Source: Chrysomallon squamiferum
Lineage: Eukaryota > Animalia > Mollusca
NCBI GenBank assembly: GCA_012295275.1
Contig: CM022671.1
Location: 8,680,001 to 8,744,000, forward strand
Reading direction: 5' to 3'
Length of the DNA: 64,000 nt
The position numbers and the translations under genes were made by a program. The notes beneath the pieces were generated by a model. It did not search any database, was not told the DNA's origin, and saw only the letters and a list, made by a program, of their open reading frames with translations. Below, piece by piece: positions 1 through 14,631 of this stretch; the first letter of the stretch is position 1, and each line of letters opens with the position of its first letter.

Positions 1-3000
1 GATTTAGGTCTTCTTGTTGGTGTCATATTTGCCCTTCTCACAGTCATCTATCAGTCACAAAGGTGAGCAGGAATATTTCACTTTTATCATTTCAGTTTAC
101 ATAACTGGTAATATACTTCCTAACTTAGCTAATTTACAGGCAGTAGAAGAGCATTATGGATGAATAATAGATGCAAGAAAATAGAAATAAAATGATCTGC
201 AGAATTATAATAATTAATTTAGCAAGAAGAGGTACTTTTGTATTATCAGAAATGTTCAGCAAATTTTAATAACTACAGCACTTGTTTGAGGCTGAGTTAA
301 TTTGGTATAATTCATTTATAATTAAATATTTTATTAGAGAAAAGTACACATAATTAACACACACCCCAAAAAAAAATAATTTTTTTTTACTTCATTTCAA
401 ATACATCTGTCAATAGTTATAATCATTTTGTATAATAAATACTGTTTAATCTTTATTACAATAGTCTCATTACAATATTTGTTTATGTTTTGATCCAAAT
501 TTTTATTTTAATACAATCTATATTTTTTAATTTCTAGGCCATATTCTTGTATCATGGGACAGGTTCCTGGAACAGATTTATACAGAGATGTGTCTATATA
601 CACTGCTGTATGTATTATTAATTACTCAATAAGTAATTATATTTATAGCTTTTGAGACTCTTTTTCTAATAACATTTCCAGAGTTATCTGGAAGAAATTA
701 CTTTTAAATTCATTGATTAGGTGTAAGTTGTATTGCATGAGTAGTCTCCCCTATATTTGTATGTGAAACATAAATGAAGTAATTTAATCTAACACTACAA
801 TCAATACCAAAAGAAAGTTTGAAGCAAAATATCACATCATTTTATCCATTTTAAAAATTATTTTTTATCCATTAATGTTTGAGTTTACATAAAACAATCT
901 TCTTTTTCTTATTACTTACTTGTGTGTGTGTGTGTGTGAGTGTGTACACACAATTGTTTTTCTAATTAAATGGGCCAGGTTTGATGCATCTGAATGATAG
1001 TTTTGTAATTTTACCTTTTAAACTTCAGAATCTAACTTGATTTTAAATGAAGCTCTCTTATTGAAAATCTTTGTTTTTTGTAAAACTATGTTTACAAATC
1101 TATTAGAAATGTTGATATTAATGATAACCTGATAATTTTATTCCTTAAATCTGTTTACATGAAACCATTTTAATACAGTTTTGTCGGTGTTTTATTTGCC
1201 ATACTTACTCAGTTCTGATACAAACATTAATGTGAGTGATACTATTACAATTTCAGGCACAGCAGATCCAAGGAATAAAGATTTTCAGATACGACTCTGC
1301 ACTGTTTTTTGCCAATACAGAACACTTCAAAAACAGCGTGTATAAACTGACAGTTAATCCCAAAATTCTGAAGAAAAAAATGAAGAAGCGTGAAAAAATG
1401 CTCAAGAAGTCGAAAAAGAACGAATTGAAAGAAAAGAAACAGGTAGACAAATACAAACACAGTAATCGCTCAGTGAAAACCTTTAATTTATAAAGATGAG
1501 TTTATGATTCTATGAATATTATGAGCCAAATTTATAAAACCTATTTTTAATTTTTTTTAATATTTTTAAATAACAAGTAAAATGTAGAAGTGAAAATATT
1601 TATCAAACAATATTTCATCAGATACATTTTTGTGGCTGTTTAATTGTTTTATTTTTTATAATATAATTTCTTTTCCTTTTTATTTTTATTTCTTTATTTT
1701 CTTTTATTATTATTAAATTTTTTGTTGTTGTTAAATTTTTTTGTTATCAGACCAGAGTCCTAACAATATTTTTAATGACTACCATAAGAATAAACTTGTG
1801 TACTAGCACTGGTTTATAGTCTTGTTTCCAAATTAACTCATTTTTGTTAAACAACAATAAGCTGTGACTAACAAGAATTGTTTTACTTACCAGAATGGAA
1901 ATACGACCAACGCTGACATGCAGCTAACAATCAACGACAGCATCACTGATGAGATGACTTCACAGAGTGACCCCACAGCTGTTGACTCCAATGTGTCAAC
2001 AATCAGTACAGAACTCACCGACATCCACTCCATCATCATTGACTGCTCAACAGTCGGCTACGTGGACTCTGTAGGTGTGAAAGCTTTGGGACAGGTACGA
2101 AACTGTTGTATGAAGTTTCACATTTTCAAATCTCTTTTTATTAAAACATCAGTCCTATTGATATATTGTTTAATTAAAATATGAATTACAAGTAAAATTA
2201 CATTTAGTGATTACTTAAAGATAGACAGGTAGGTAGATAGGCAGATTTGTAGATAGGCAGACAGACAGAAATGTTTTTTCCTTATTGCAGTATTTATTTT
2301 AGTGCAACATTCAAATAATAATTTACCTCCTGAAAAACATAATTTGTATCACAACTGAAGCTGGGAAAAACATTCAGTTTTCTGTATTGTGTTTACATTA
2401 TAAAAATAATAATAATAATTAAGCATTTCTCCATTGTAAATTATTAATTTATTGTTAAAATTATTAAAAATTAATAAATAATAATGTGATTTCAACACTG
2501 ACATGATTATTTTACAGATTGTACAGGAGTATGGTGCGGTGAACATTGGAATCTATCTTGCACAGTGTAAAGGTCAGTATTACATCATACATACAAATTA
2601 TTTCAGATTACACTGATATATTATTTACTGTTCCAACTAGTATCAATATATACAAATTTATCTAAAAGCTCTATTTATATAGTATATATTAATATTGCAA
2701 CAAATGCTACTGTTCAGAAGCTGTCATATTTTAATGTTGTCCTTACAGGCAGAGTTAGACAGATGCTGGAGAAGACTGGATACTTCAAGACAGAGGAGGA
2801 CAGGGAGGGGCTGTTTGTGACAATCCACGATGCTGTTCTCACTCTTCTGCAGTCACACAAGTTCAAATCAATCAGTGACAGTGAGGTAAATACAAACACT
2901 TTCATTCATGTGGCTTACAATTACCATGACAGTGATAAGTCAGTACAGAGTTAGTTAAAGAAATTGTAAAATTTATGGATAATCTATGACATAGGCATAT

Positions 3001-3897
3001 ATACATTAATAAACGTAAGTATAATATAGGTACGTTCTACTAGAATGGTTGCACGAATAAACAATAATAATATTAATGTTATAAATGGAAAGAAATAATT
3101 TTTCATCAGTATTTGAACTATCTGAGTTGTATGCTTCTTTTGTGTCACTATAAAATCTGAGAGAAAACAGGAACAGAAACTTAAAGAATTTTTCTCTTTG
3201 CTTTTTCAGTTGCTTTTTGTTGTTGTTTACTGTTTTAAATTTGGTTTCTATTTGAATGATCAGAAGAATTTAAGGTTATTAAAAGGACCTTGAAAAAATA
3301 ACAACAAATAAAGCTTACATTGTTACTAAAAATAATAGCTTAATAAGATGACAATGTAATTTATATCTGATTGTGAACATGAAATACTCTGTATATAATC
3401 ACAATTAAAAAGATGTTATAATTTGTCCTTGGCTGTGTAGAGCCCAGTAGAAATAACTGAGAATCAAGACACTGAGGAAACTCCAGAAGTGAATGTCCTG
3501 AACTCTGCTGTAAGTTGACATTGTCAATGCTTTCTTCTGTTACCATCAGTGTAAAATGAATGTTTTGTTTTAATTATCAGTTAACCATGAATTCTTCATA
3601 CTGCTGGTAATCTTGTTAAGTTTCAAACATACACTTGTATGTGACAAAGTATAAATTGTGGTTATAATTTATAAATATTACCAGAAATACATTTTTTTTA
3701 ATTCCTTCAGTGTTTTTGTTCCTTTATGCACTAAATAATTTTAAGAAAAGGTTTAGATCAGTAATGCATACTTGTATATAGACAGACAGATAGATAGATA
3801 GAATTTTATATGTTTATTTATTTATATTTTTGTTTTGGTTTATAATTTCTTTTTCTTTTTCCAGGGAGCTCCACTAGTTGACAGCACAAGTTTGTAA
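1..3897 (+). CDS. SLC26/SulP-family anion transporter (prestin/pendrin-like), 3' part only: last TM helix and STAS domain
   Basis: Exons in consistent phase: <1-62 (DLGLLVGVIFALLTVIYQSQR), 538-607 (PYSCIMGQVPGTDLYRDV), 1257-1442 (GIKIFRYDSALFFANTEHFK), 1894-2094 (IHSIIIDCSTVGYVDSVGVKAL), 2518-2572, 2749-2885 (GLFVTIHDAV), 3865-3897 (GAPLVDSTSL*). These are typical SLC26 STAS motifs. The paralogue cannot be assigned. Confidence 0.93.
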
Positions 3898-6800
3898 GCA
3901 GTGTTTCGTATGTGAGTTGCTGATTATAAAACCGAAGGTCTAAATTTCAAGGCTCAGTTCAATGGGTTATACTGTAGCAAGGTTGCATTAGTATACAACC
4001 CACATAAAACATAAACCTTAACTTTCAAATCATTTATTTTAAATAAATCTTTAGAAATGAAAGTAATATATTCAGAATGTGTGTGTGTGTGTGTGTGTGT
4101 GTGGTGCCATGGCGTTTGTGTGTGTGTGTGTGTGTTGATGGTGTGTTAAAGTTATTTTAATGGAAACAAGTATTTATCTTGTTTGGGATAATCTGTACGT
4201 GACAAGCATGTTGCATGATTATAACATCAGAGAACATTTTGTTCAGTATCACCTCCCAAACCATCTTAACTACTTAGAGCATCTTAGATTTGTCACTTTT
4301 ATCAGGAGTTAATTTCCTCATTATGCATGAGTTTTACATTTTGCTTTTTTTTTTCTTACAAAGTAATGTTTGCAATATTTTTTTTTCAAATTAAGATTTG
4401 CAATCTTTCTTTAAAGTTTAGGTTTGAAACTGCTTATATTTTATAAAAGTAAAAAGATGGTTTGTAATCAAACTGACTGGTTTATATAATTAGAAATAGA
4501 ATTCACAATGATACAGCTCACCCTCTGTAATTTTATGATCATTATTATTAGCATGGTGAAATTCCTACTGAATAAAATATACCAGTTGAGAATAATGGTA
4601 AAGACTTCCTTTAGAAAGTTATTTGACATCCTGTTTATTGTAATTAACAATAAAAATCCAGACAAATATGATTTTCAAAATGAACTATTTTATTAATAAA
4701 CTGTAAAAAAAAAAAAATTAATTACTACTCAAAATGTGTAATTGCAAATAAGATTCCAAACAAAATGTTCTCTTTGCATGAACTTTACTAGTATTTAATA
4801 AACAACTGAGCAAGGATTTATGAATTTGGGTCCTTATTAATTTTAAATATTAAATTTAAGAGCCTTGGAATTTAGACTGCCAGGTTTTATAAGCATGGTG
4901 TTTGGAGGAGGAGAAATGGGATGGAGATGTTTTTCATTTTATCTCTGTCCTATGCATGTCTCTGGTTTTTAGTTCTTTGTCTTAACACACTGTACCTTTC
5001 AACTTCATTATAGAATAACAAATTAGTTTTAACTTTGTCTTACATAAATATATAATAATTTGTCTAAAATGTATTTTATAATGATTATTTAAATTAAAAT
5101 TATGAGTATACTTTGGTATTTATTAGTAATATTTTAACTTTAATTTTGTTTTTAATCAAATTCTTTTTTTTTATGTTTTGAGAAATATTTTTGCATTTAT
5201 GAAGTTTTGTGTTTGTACTCACACACACACACCTACATTTCATTTTTCATTTTTGAAAATTGATTTTTATCTTCTTTATTTTACAGAACTGAAGAAGAAA
5301 GAAAGTAAACAACTAAACAGTTAATGTGATAACACTTGATAGTTATTTTTTTAACCTGTTGATCTCTCTGAGAAGATGAACTGTTTTCAATACATCAAAG
5401 TTCTGTTTTAATCCAAAGAACTTGTCCATAATAGAAAGACATTTCCATAATTTCTTTCACAGAAAGTGAGCCAGTATTGTTTTAAAGTCATGTTTCTTTT
5501 GTTTTCTATTTTTAAAAATTCACATTCAGAATGTGAGTGATTTTAGCACAATTACTAATTTTTAATTTTTTTAATTTTTATTTTTTAAATATACCTTACA
5601 CTTATAGTCATACAAAAAACAATTTAACACTATTTAATACACATCCTGGTGAATTTTTTATTTATTTTTAAACACAATTCTTTGTTAATAAGAAAGTAAA
5701 TAATGACGTAACAAATCTAAAGAGTTCATAGAAATTGCCTTTTTCTTTTCTTCATGATTTCAAGTTGTACATAAAAATTACATATCTGCATCCATGATTT
5801 CTTGCAAACTTCTAATATTGTCATTCATTATTGTTAGTAAAGATTTCTCTTAAGAACAAATAAAACAATCACTAATATATATATATATATGAGATATATA
5901 TCAGAATGTCATCATGACTTGTATGAAGAAAATGTGTTTTCACAATTTATTTCTTAATATTTTTAACTTACTTACAGACTGTGAAATTAACCTTTGAAAT
6001 AATCATCTTAAACATGATTGCACTGTATCACATGAGACCTTTTTCAGTAAAACTATAGAGTATGATAGAATAATGTATGCAAAAACAAATTACTGAGATA
6101 TGTTCATTTTTTGGTCTTATTTTAAAAGCAAAAATGTACTGAAATAGATACTGGAATAATGGAAATAACTATTTGATCTAATTTGTCTTTTATATTTAAC
6201 ATCATTTCTGCCTTTTATTATGTTTTATGATAATTAACCCACGTATCTGATTATCAGTGAATGTGTGCCAACAAAATCTAGAAATGATAAAAAGTCAAAT
6301 CATGTAAATTAATTTTATACAGAATCTATGTGTCTATTTATACATATATAAAGGAACTTTACTATTGTTTTAAAATGCATAGGACTGAATTTACAGAATG
6401 TTTTCTTCTATTTCTTAAATGCTGGTGTTTAAGTATTGTAAATATATGTAGTTATATGTAAAATAAAACAGGCTTTAGCCTGTAGAATTTTCATAGGTTT
6501 TTACTCACATCATATAATGACTCTAAAAAAGATGTTAATGTATTTAATTCTGTGGCTTTTAAAAGATTAGATTCTACCTTTTATTTTTATTATTATTATT
6601 TTTTTTTTTTTAAACTTCTGCCATTTTATTGAACTCTAGAATAATTGGCTGTTTAATTTTGCATCTTTAATTATAATACAAATTTTTTATTATTATTATT
6701 TTTTTTTTTAAACTGTTTCTTTTAAATGTAATTAAAAAAAAATGAAATGTTAATACTGATAGAGTTAGGGTTTGTAAATATTTCAGTATTATAAGTTTTG

Positions 6801-7824
6801 GTGCTGTCTGTCTAGCTGTACCCACCAGATTTATAATTACCCAAGCGCACATGTCCACTTGTTGACAAATTAGTTCTGTTCTTTCCAGAAGCATTCATTG
6901 TCTGTACTTACTAACTAAAAATAACCCTGAAATTTAAAAAAAAAGAAAAAGAATAAAAACAAAGTGAAAAAAAAAAACGCACACATGAAACGGTAGTATG
7001 TGAGAGAATTAATATTCAAATGGTTGACATTGTAAATTTACTAACTGTAGTATAAAGTAATCATTGAGACCTACCTTACTGTTGTACTCTATCTGCAATT
7101 ACAGACACCTGTGTGAAAGGTAAATTTATGTATGAGAGATGAAGTTTTGAGAAAAAAAAGTTAAAATAATAATCATTGTTTTTGAATCCCTTGTGTTGTA
7201 TATTTATGTTTGTTAATATAAATAAGTACTCAAACCATGTGATGCTCATACTTGCAGTTGTTTTTATGTTGTCAGGTTAACATAAATTTGTCTTCAGGTT
7301 AATGGATATATAGAGTTTCAAATTCAAATTATTTTATTAGTAAAAGGTAAAATAACAGGGTTATATATATGTATCTATGTATGTGTATATAAATATATAT
7401 AGTAACTAACTGGTCTCTCTGATAAATGTATTCCATAGTGATATTTTATTGTATCAGATTCACATTCCTTTTTTTTTTTAAAGGAGAAGTTGTTTATTGA
7501 TTGAAATCTGTAGCTGTAAAGAATGCAACATCTGTTCAGTTTGGAAGTGTGTAAAAATAATTTAAATAAATGTTACTCTCTTTTTAAATACTGCTGTGTA
7601 TCATTTAGATATTAAGCATACTTTGTGAATTGTTATTAGGCAAGTATTTTGTAATTTATTGTATTAAGTACTGTGGTGATATTCACTTAGAGAATGTTCT
7701 GTGTTAGTAAACTGCCAGAGCTTTGAGGCATTTCTTTGGTAGGATAAAACAGATAAAATATCTGAATGGTTTTACTGAATGTTGGATAGTAGGTTATTTT
7801 CCTGAATATTTTAATGATGGTGTA

Positions 7825-8180
7825 AGGGGTAATTTTCCTGAATACAGAGTAAAAATAGAAGGGGTAATTTTACTGAATATTGAGTAAAAATAGAAGGGGT
7901 AATTTTTGAAAACTGAATAATTTTTGAAAACTGAGTAAAAATAGAAGGGGTAATTTTACTGAATATTGAGTAAAAATAGAAGGGGTAATTTTCCTGAAAA
8001 CTGAGTAAAAATAGAAGGGGTAATTTTACTGAAAATTGAGTAAAAATAGAAGGGGTAATTTTCCTAAAAACTGAGTAAAAATAGAAGGGGTAATTTTTAC
8101 TGAATATTGAGTGAAAATAGAAGGGGTAATTTTACTGAATACTGAGTGAAAATAGAAGGGGTAATTTTACTGAATATTTT
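7825..8180. repeat. ~35-bp minisatellite, about 10 copies
   Basis: Unit aggggtaattttactgaatattgagtaaaaataga is repeated in tandem with small variants. Confidence 0.92.
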
Positions 8181-11100
8181 AGTGTATTCTGAAAACAGAT
8201 ATTATTTCAATGTGTTAATTTCTACCAGATAAATTTAAATATTGTATCTATTCAGTACTTTTTCATTCATGTAATATGTTATGTGGGCATGTGTTATTTT
8301 TGTATTTCAAACCTAAATTTGGATTAGTAAGTTAGGGACCACACATCAACGATTTTATAATAATTAAAATCTTTATAATATAGTGCTGGTAAACTGATGT
8401 ACGTACATTGAATGTTGGTGCACTAATAGTGTTTGAATAATTACATAATCAGAATCAGGATATTGGGCTTTCACTTCTTCTGTGTCATAAAATGTATATG
8501 TAAATATGTTAAAGTACAGATATTTTTCATGTGGAATGTATATGTCATAAAGTGCAATCCTTTTCAAAATTTTATTTCTCTTGATTTTTAAAATAATAGT
8601 TATGTTTAGTGTTGGTTTTTTAATATATTTTAAATAAAAAAAATAATATTGATATTTTAATAATTTTCATTGGTAAATAAAAGGCACAGAATGCACTCAA
8701 AAATATTTTTAACCCTTTTATAAAGACCACTTGTTATTGAAGAAAAAATACGATAGTCTCTATAAATCGTTTTTTTTTTTTTTTTTTTGATTCATTATAA
8801 TAACTGTTAGATAAAAAAAAAAAAAAAACATTTTAATCTCCTTTAGACAAAATTCATAAAGTTTATCATCACTGACTTAATTTGTATATAGACTCTGAGA
8901 GGACTTTGATGTTATGGTGTAACTTTGAACTGTTAGATTTAACACTTCATAGTTATTCCATTTTTTTTAAATTTCTTTTTATTTCTGCTCAACATTCCAC
9001 TTTCCTTGACATAAAACTGTTAGTACTCAGATGTGATTTCTCTCCCTTTTTTCTCTCTTTTTTTTTTTTTTTTTTTTTTCCCCAGAATTAAAGTATAACA
9101 TATGTTGGGTTTTATAATAAAACTGATTTTTAAAAAGATTTACTACGACATTAAATTTTCTATTTTTTTTAAATTGAAAGTACATGTAGATTTAACTGAA
9201 AGATTGAAAATAATTTTTGACTTAAATAGTTTTTCTGGGTACTATTAAGTTTTTACCATATGTGGCATTCTCACCCAAAATTTTTTTTTTTAAATTAATA
9301 TAGTTCATAGATTATTTTATGACACATTTTAATTCTCTTAATGCTTTTTTACTAATTAAAATATATTAATTATGCAAAAAAAAATATATATGTTTACAAC
9401 TATGCATTTAATCAAGAAGTGATAAATATTTTATTTCATATATCTCAGGAATTTAATTGTTGCACCGTTTTTATTCATCATGAATAGCTAACAGAAAATT
9501 AATTTGAGCAATGTGGCTTGTGGAATGTTTAGATGGCTTTCTCTGGGTTTTTTTCTAAAATTTTATTTTATATATATAATTAGTTTACTTTTTTTGATAG
9601 GCATTGTTTCACATTTTATTACTGTTATCGTTTTGTTTTATGGTTAAGGGTAAAACTTTCTCTATGATTAATTAGTGTTTTATCTGCACGTTTTTGTTAA
9701 TCAGTGTTCATTTATCAGTGGAAAAAGAATTGGTGGTATGAAGTTGTTAGCTGTTTCCTTTGGGTTTTGTTGTTTGTTTCCTTTTTTGTCAAGTTATTTG
9801 TTTTTTTCTTCTAAAGATGTTTTCTTAATTAAAAAAAAAAAACATTTGTCAGTTTTCATGTTAGCTTTCAGAAAAGTCCTATTTTAGTTAATTCAGTTAT
9901 TCAGTTAATTTAATTAATTCAGTTATTCAATTTTTAGAATGTGTTGCATATGTGGTGTAAAGCATAACCATGATTAATATGTGTACCATTTCAAAATGGG
10001 AGAACGATTGTGTGCCATTTTAAAATGGGATAATTATAATTAAAATCCTATTTTAAAATAAGTTTTACAGGTGTCATAATGTTATTGTTATAAGTCATTA
10101 CATTCATTGTTTTTTTATAAATCTTACAATTTGTCGTGTTAACTTTTTCACTTTTGTAAAAATTCAATATCTGATTATGTTGCACCAAAGCTTTATTTTG
10201 ATTTGTCATTGCTTTAACGGTGTTTTTTCCCTCAGTATAACTGATGACTAAAATATTTATTTGGTTTAATTTTGGAAATTAGTTACATGTTTAGTTTTTA
10301 CAATTTTTTATTATAAGAAGTGCTGACATCAGGAATCTGTGATTAATTGAAACGCTAAGGAAAGAGGTAATGATCTCTAGTCTGCTTGTTGTCTGTGTGT
10401 GTGTTATTACTGATCACCGATTTCGCATAATTATATCTGTTTATGTATAAAATGTAAAGTACACTATTTTAATACGTGACAATGTGATATGATTGTGATT
10501 TTATTTACATTTCTTTTAATTTTAATATTTCAACTGTTTTCAGCAAGATCCTTAGTTTTAAAACAATTTACTTTTTAAAGTTTAAACATTGTCATGTTTT
10601 CAAGTGCCTTCATAGATTAAGTGCAACATATTTATCTTCTTTTTTTTTAATTTTTTTTTTTTTTTTTTTTTTTTTTAATTAAATAAAATAATAATAAAAA
10701 ATGTGTCTTCCCCATACTTAATAATTGTAACAGTGCAGAAAGTTTGGGTTGTTTCCCCTTTTGTCATAGAAATTGACATCAAATTATATATGAAAACCTC
10801 CTGACAGATACACTATATTATTTAATGTTTTTGTCTTCCAGTTCATAAATTAGTAGTAAAACATATTTTATTGATACAAGAACATTAAATAATATTAAAT
10901 TTGCTGGTTAGATGGACTTGAATAGTTTCCTCACTGATGTTTTGTTTTGTAACATTTTCTGTTAAGATTATTACTGTTAAAGTATTCATGCCATCGAAGA
11001 ATTGTTATTTTGTGTGTGAAAATTGAAATGTGAAATCAAAAATTGTTTAAAAAAGTTATGAAATGTGTGTGGTTATTAATTTTGTAATAAAACCAATTAA

Positions 11101-14100
11101 AAAAAAATATATATATATATATTAAAATATTTAAAAGCTCATTTGACAATTAGTAATTAAAAAAAGAAAAGAAATTCTGTTTTATAAATTTAACATTTCT
11201 CATTTAGGAAGATGCCTTCAGTGTAACATCTTTTGAACTGCCATTTTTTTTGGTATTTTTAAAAATTTAATAAATATAATATTGCTTATATATGCATAGA
11301 TGCATACTTAGATATTAAATGTATATTTACATTTGCTGTTTATAACAATTTAATATATAATAGGGAGTGCAGAAGCCATGAAGAAGAAATCAGTCTCGCC
11401 TACATTGGTATTGTATGGGCAGTTGAAAAGTATCAATGGGTTAAATGATGCCACTTTTATTGATTTGTATATATTTTTATATATTGCAGAAAAAATGGGA
11501 TACTTATTTCAAAATATTTTATCTTATTGCTAATACATTTATGTATCTTGTGCTTGAAATTAATTATATTTTATATATGTATATATATAAGATTTTTTTT
11601 TTTTAATTTTAATTATTATTATTTTACAAATTGACATAGCACAAAGCTTTTTTAATCTTTTTTTTTTTTTAAAAGTATGTTGATATATTCATGTATCTAG
11701 AATACTTTGTTACAGTGAAATAAAATACTATTGATGAGATTTTATTTCACTATATTTTTGTATACCTTTAGCTCACATAAACACCTTTCTCCTGTTACAG
11801 TGAACTACATTTTCTATAACCTTGAGTAAGTTGAAACCATCTGTACTGGTTCATGTTTAACATACATGACAAAAAAATATACCTTTATAAGTATACAAGG
11901 AGTACACTTACACAAACACTCTCTCTTTCTTTTCACCTGCACAGGTAAATTTTTTGTTATGTACATGTTAAAAATGAACTAATACCTTGTACCAGTAATT
12001 TAAATACTATATACATTCTTCAATAGACGGACATTACAGGCAACTAAAAAAAAAACATAAATTCAAATTTATATTTTATTAAAAAAAAACAATAACTGAT
12101 GTGCAAAATAGTATAATTTTAATTTTTTATTTTTATTTTTCAATATATGCTTTAAAAAAATATTTACTTAGCCTTTTATATAAACAAGAGTCTATTTTTA
12201 TCTGTTTAAAGGAATGTGATATGCTTGAGAAAGTCAACCCAGTTACAGGCTGAGCAAAACTGATTATCTTTTCCTTTTTTCTTAATGAAAGTTAAAACAT
12301 TACAAATTTAGGAGTTTAAAGTAATAATGTGAACAGTCATACTAAACGAAAATAACTGAATTTTAAAAAACAAAATGAAATTTCATTTTTAATAAAATTA
12401 AAAATGAAAGGATGAAAGTTTCAAACATTACTTTGGTTGTTTATTTTTTTAATGTGAAAAACAAGATAACAATATGTGTTATTGTGAGTACAGGTACCAA
12501 AATGAATTTTGCATTTTTCAAAGAAGTCTGTCATTTTAATTGTCAAATACACATTTTCTTTTCTTCTATTTTATTTATTTTTTATTATTTATTATTATTA
12601 TTTTTTTATCACAAAAAACAACAACAAAGCATTCCAAATACATTAATACTGATTTTAAAAGTTTGTTATCTTTTGGTTTTTTTTGTGTATGTGTGTGATA
12701 ATCATATTGGTGAATGGTTTTAACAAATACCAAATTAGTTAATAGTCCTTTCTACCATAATCAAGTTATTCCAAATACATTCAAATGCAAAAGCACTAAT
12801 GTATTTTGATGAAAATTAAATGAAACTAAAAATATTACCTAAAATACACGATTAATTATAGGTCACAAATGTAAACTGGGTTGTTGTTTTATGTTTATTT
12901 TTTTTCAAATGGAATGGTGTGTTGTTAATCAAGATTGTTATTATGCAATAAACCTTTTAATCAAGTATCCTGTCTGGTTTTTATTGTTGTATTATCATAG
13001 TTTGTTGAGGGCGAGTAATTATTATTATTGTTATTTTTTATGTTTTTTTTTTTTTTTTTATGTTAAAGGGAATTTGATTACATTTCTTAGGCTCTCATTA
13101 TAACATTGATACTATACTTCAATGGAACCAAACAATAACCTGTTGGATTATAATTAATTTGCTTCTTTGCATTTGATACCATTTTTGTATCGGCATTTTT
13201 CAAAATGGTAACATGTAGCTTAATCGATAGGTTATTTACTGGAAGTGTAATTAGTTGTGCATTTAATACTTTTAGATGGATGTTTCCATTTTTCAAGCTG
13301 TTCTCAGCAGCTAATGTATTATCTGGTATTGCAGTTCTTGATAAATTGCTACAAGTAATGCTAGGTTCAGTACTATTAGATGGTCCATTATCAATTCCAG
13401 GTCTTTCTCAATAACTGATTGGTAATTTGAAATAGCAGTCCTTACCTATAACAATGCTGATGCAATGTTCCTAGAAAGACTGTTACAAATTAGCCAGTTC
13501 TTAATGATCCTTATGTAAGGCCATGAAGATGTAGTTCTAGTACAGAATGAGACAAGTTCAACTGAGAATTCAATATCCCAAGTGAGCTGTTCTCAGTTAA
13601 CCATTTCTTAATTATTATTACATAATACTGCAGCCTATAAGGCAGCAGCCAGTAAACTTGCTCAAGACATGATAAAATACAGGCTGAATACTCATAGATA
13701 GCTCATTAAATTAACTGTTTTCTGTTACTGTTATTCAGTGTTCATTAACTGATATCTCTATAAATATGCTCATAAAAAGATATAAGTTTCTATTAAAATG
13801 AACAGTAACCCATTCAGTTTCCTTTCACTTAAACAACGAAAACAGTTTGAAAATGACTCCCATGTGTCAAACAATGTTAAGTATGTAAAGAATTGATGAT
13901 CGACATCAGTAATAAAATTCATTTGTATAAGACTTGAATGAAAAGCGGTTTATTAATAACCATTAATGTAAAAAAAAAAAAATTTTTAAATTTCTTTAGC
14001 TATACAAGACAAATAATAGTTTTTATAAATGTGCCTAAACATTATTAAATAAATAAATGTATAATATATATATTTGTTGTTTGTTTAATTCATAATAATA

Positions 14101-14130
14101 GTTTTTATAAATGTGCTGAAATATATAATA

Positions 14131-14285
14131 ATTTTTTTATTATTTTTATTTATTTTATTTAGTCATCTTAGATAGTATGAATTAAACAAACAAAACAACA
14201 ACAACAACAATAAAATATATATTGTATACTAATTCATACTATCTAAGATGACTGTAAATAAAATAAATAAAAATAATAAAAAAAT
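14131..14285. repeat. Inverted repeat with ~54-bp arms and ~45-nt spacer
   Basis: The left arm ending agtcatcttagatagtatgaatta (14131-14184) is the reverse complement of taattcatactatctaagatgact(gt)aaataaaat... (14230-14285), apart from a 2-nt bulge. Confidence 0.85.
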
Positions 14286-14631
14286 AAATAAATAATGTGC
14301 ATTCATATTCTACATAAATGCCAGGCTTTATTTAAGAGCAAGGGGGATAAATCCAAATATTTGGAAACACTCTAATGTTCATTAAAGTAATACAAATCAC
14401 TTTTCTCATTTCATAAAAGAATTGTGAACAAAATTATTTATTTTATTTAGATATAAATATAAATAACTTTCACCACAACAGTCAAAAGACACGTACATTT
14501 CTGTTTTATCACTTTAAAAATTGTATATTGTAGGTAATCAGCTGAACTATTGTAACAAAAATGCACAAAAGGCTGAGCCAAATAACTACCACACTACATA
14601 AATAAATAAAAAATAAATTTAAATCTGTACA

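Noticed and set aside
10320-10420. Possible box C/D snoRNA-like segment
   Set aside because: No canonical RUGAUGA box with a terminal stem.
13087-13700. Short ORFs in a moderately GC-richer island
   Set aside because: No recognisable motif, splice chain or transposon termini.
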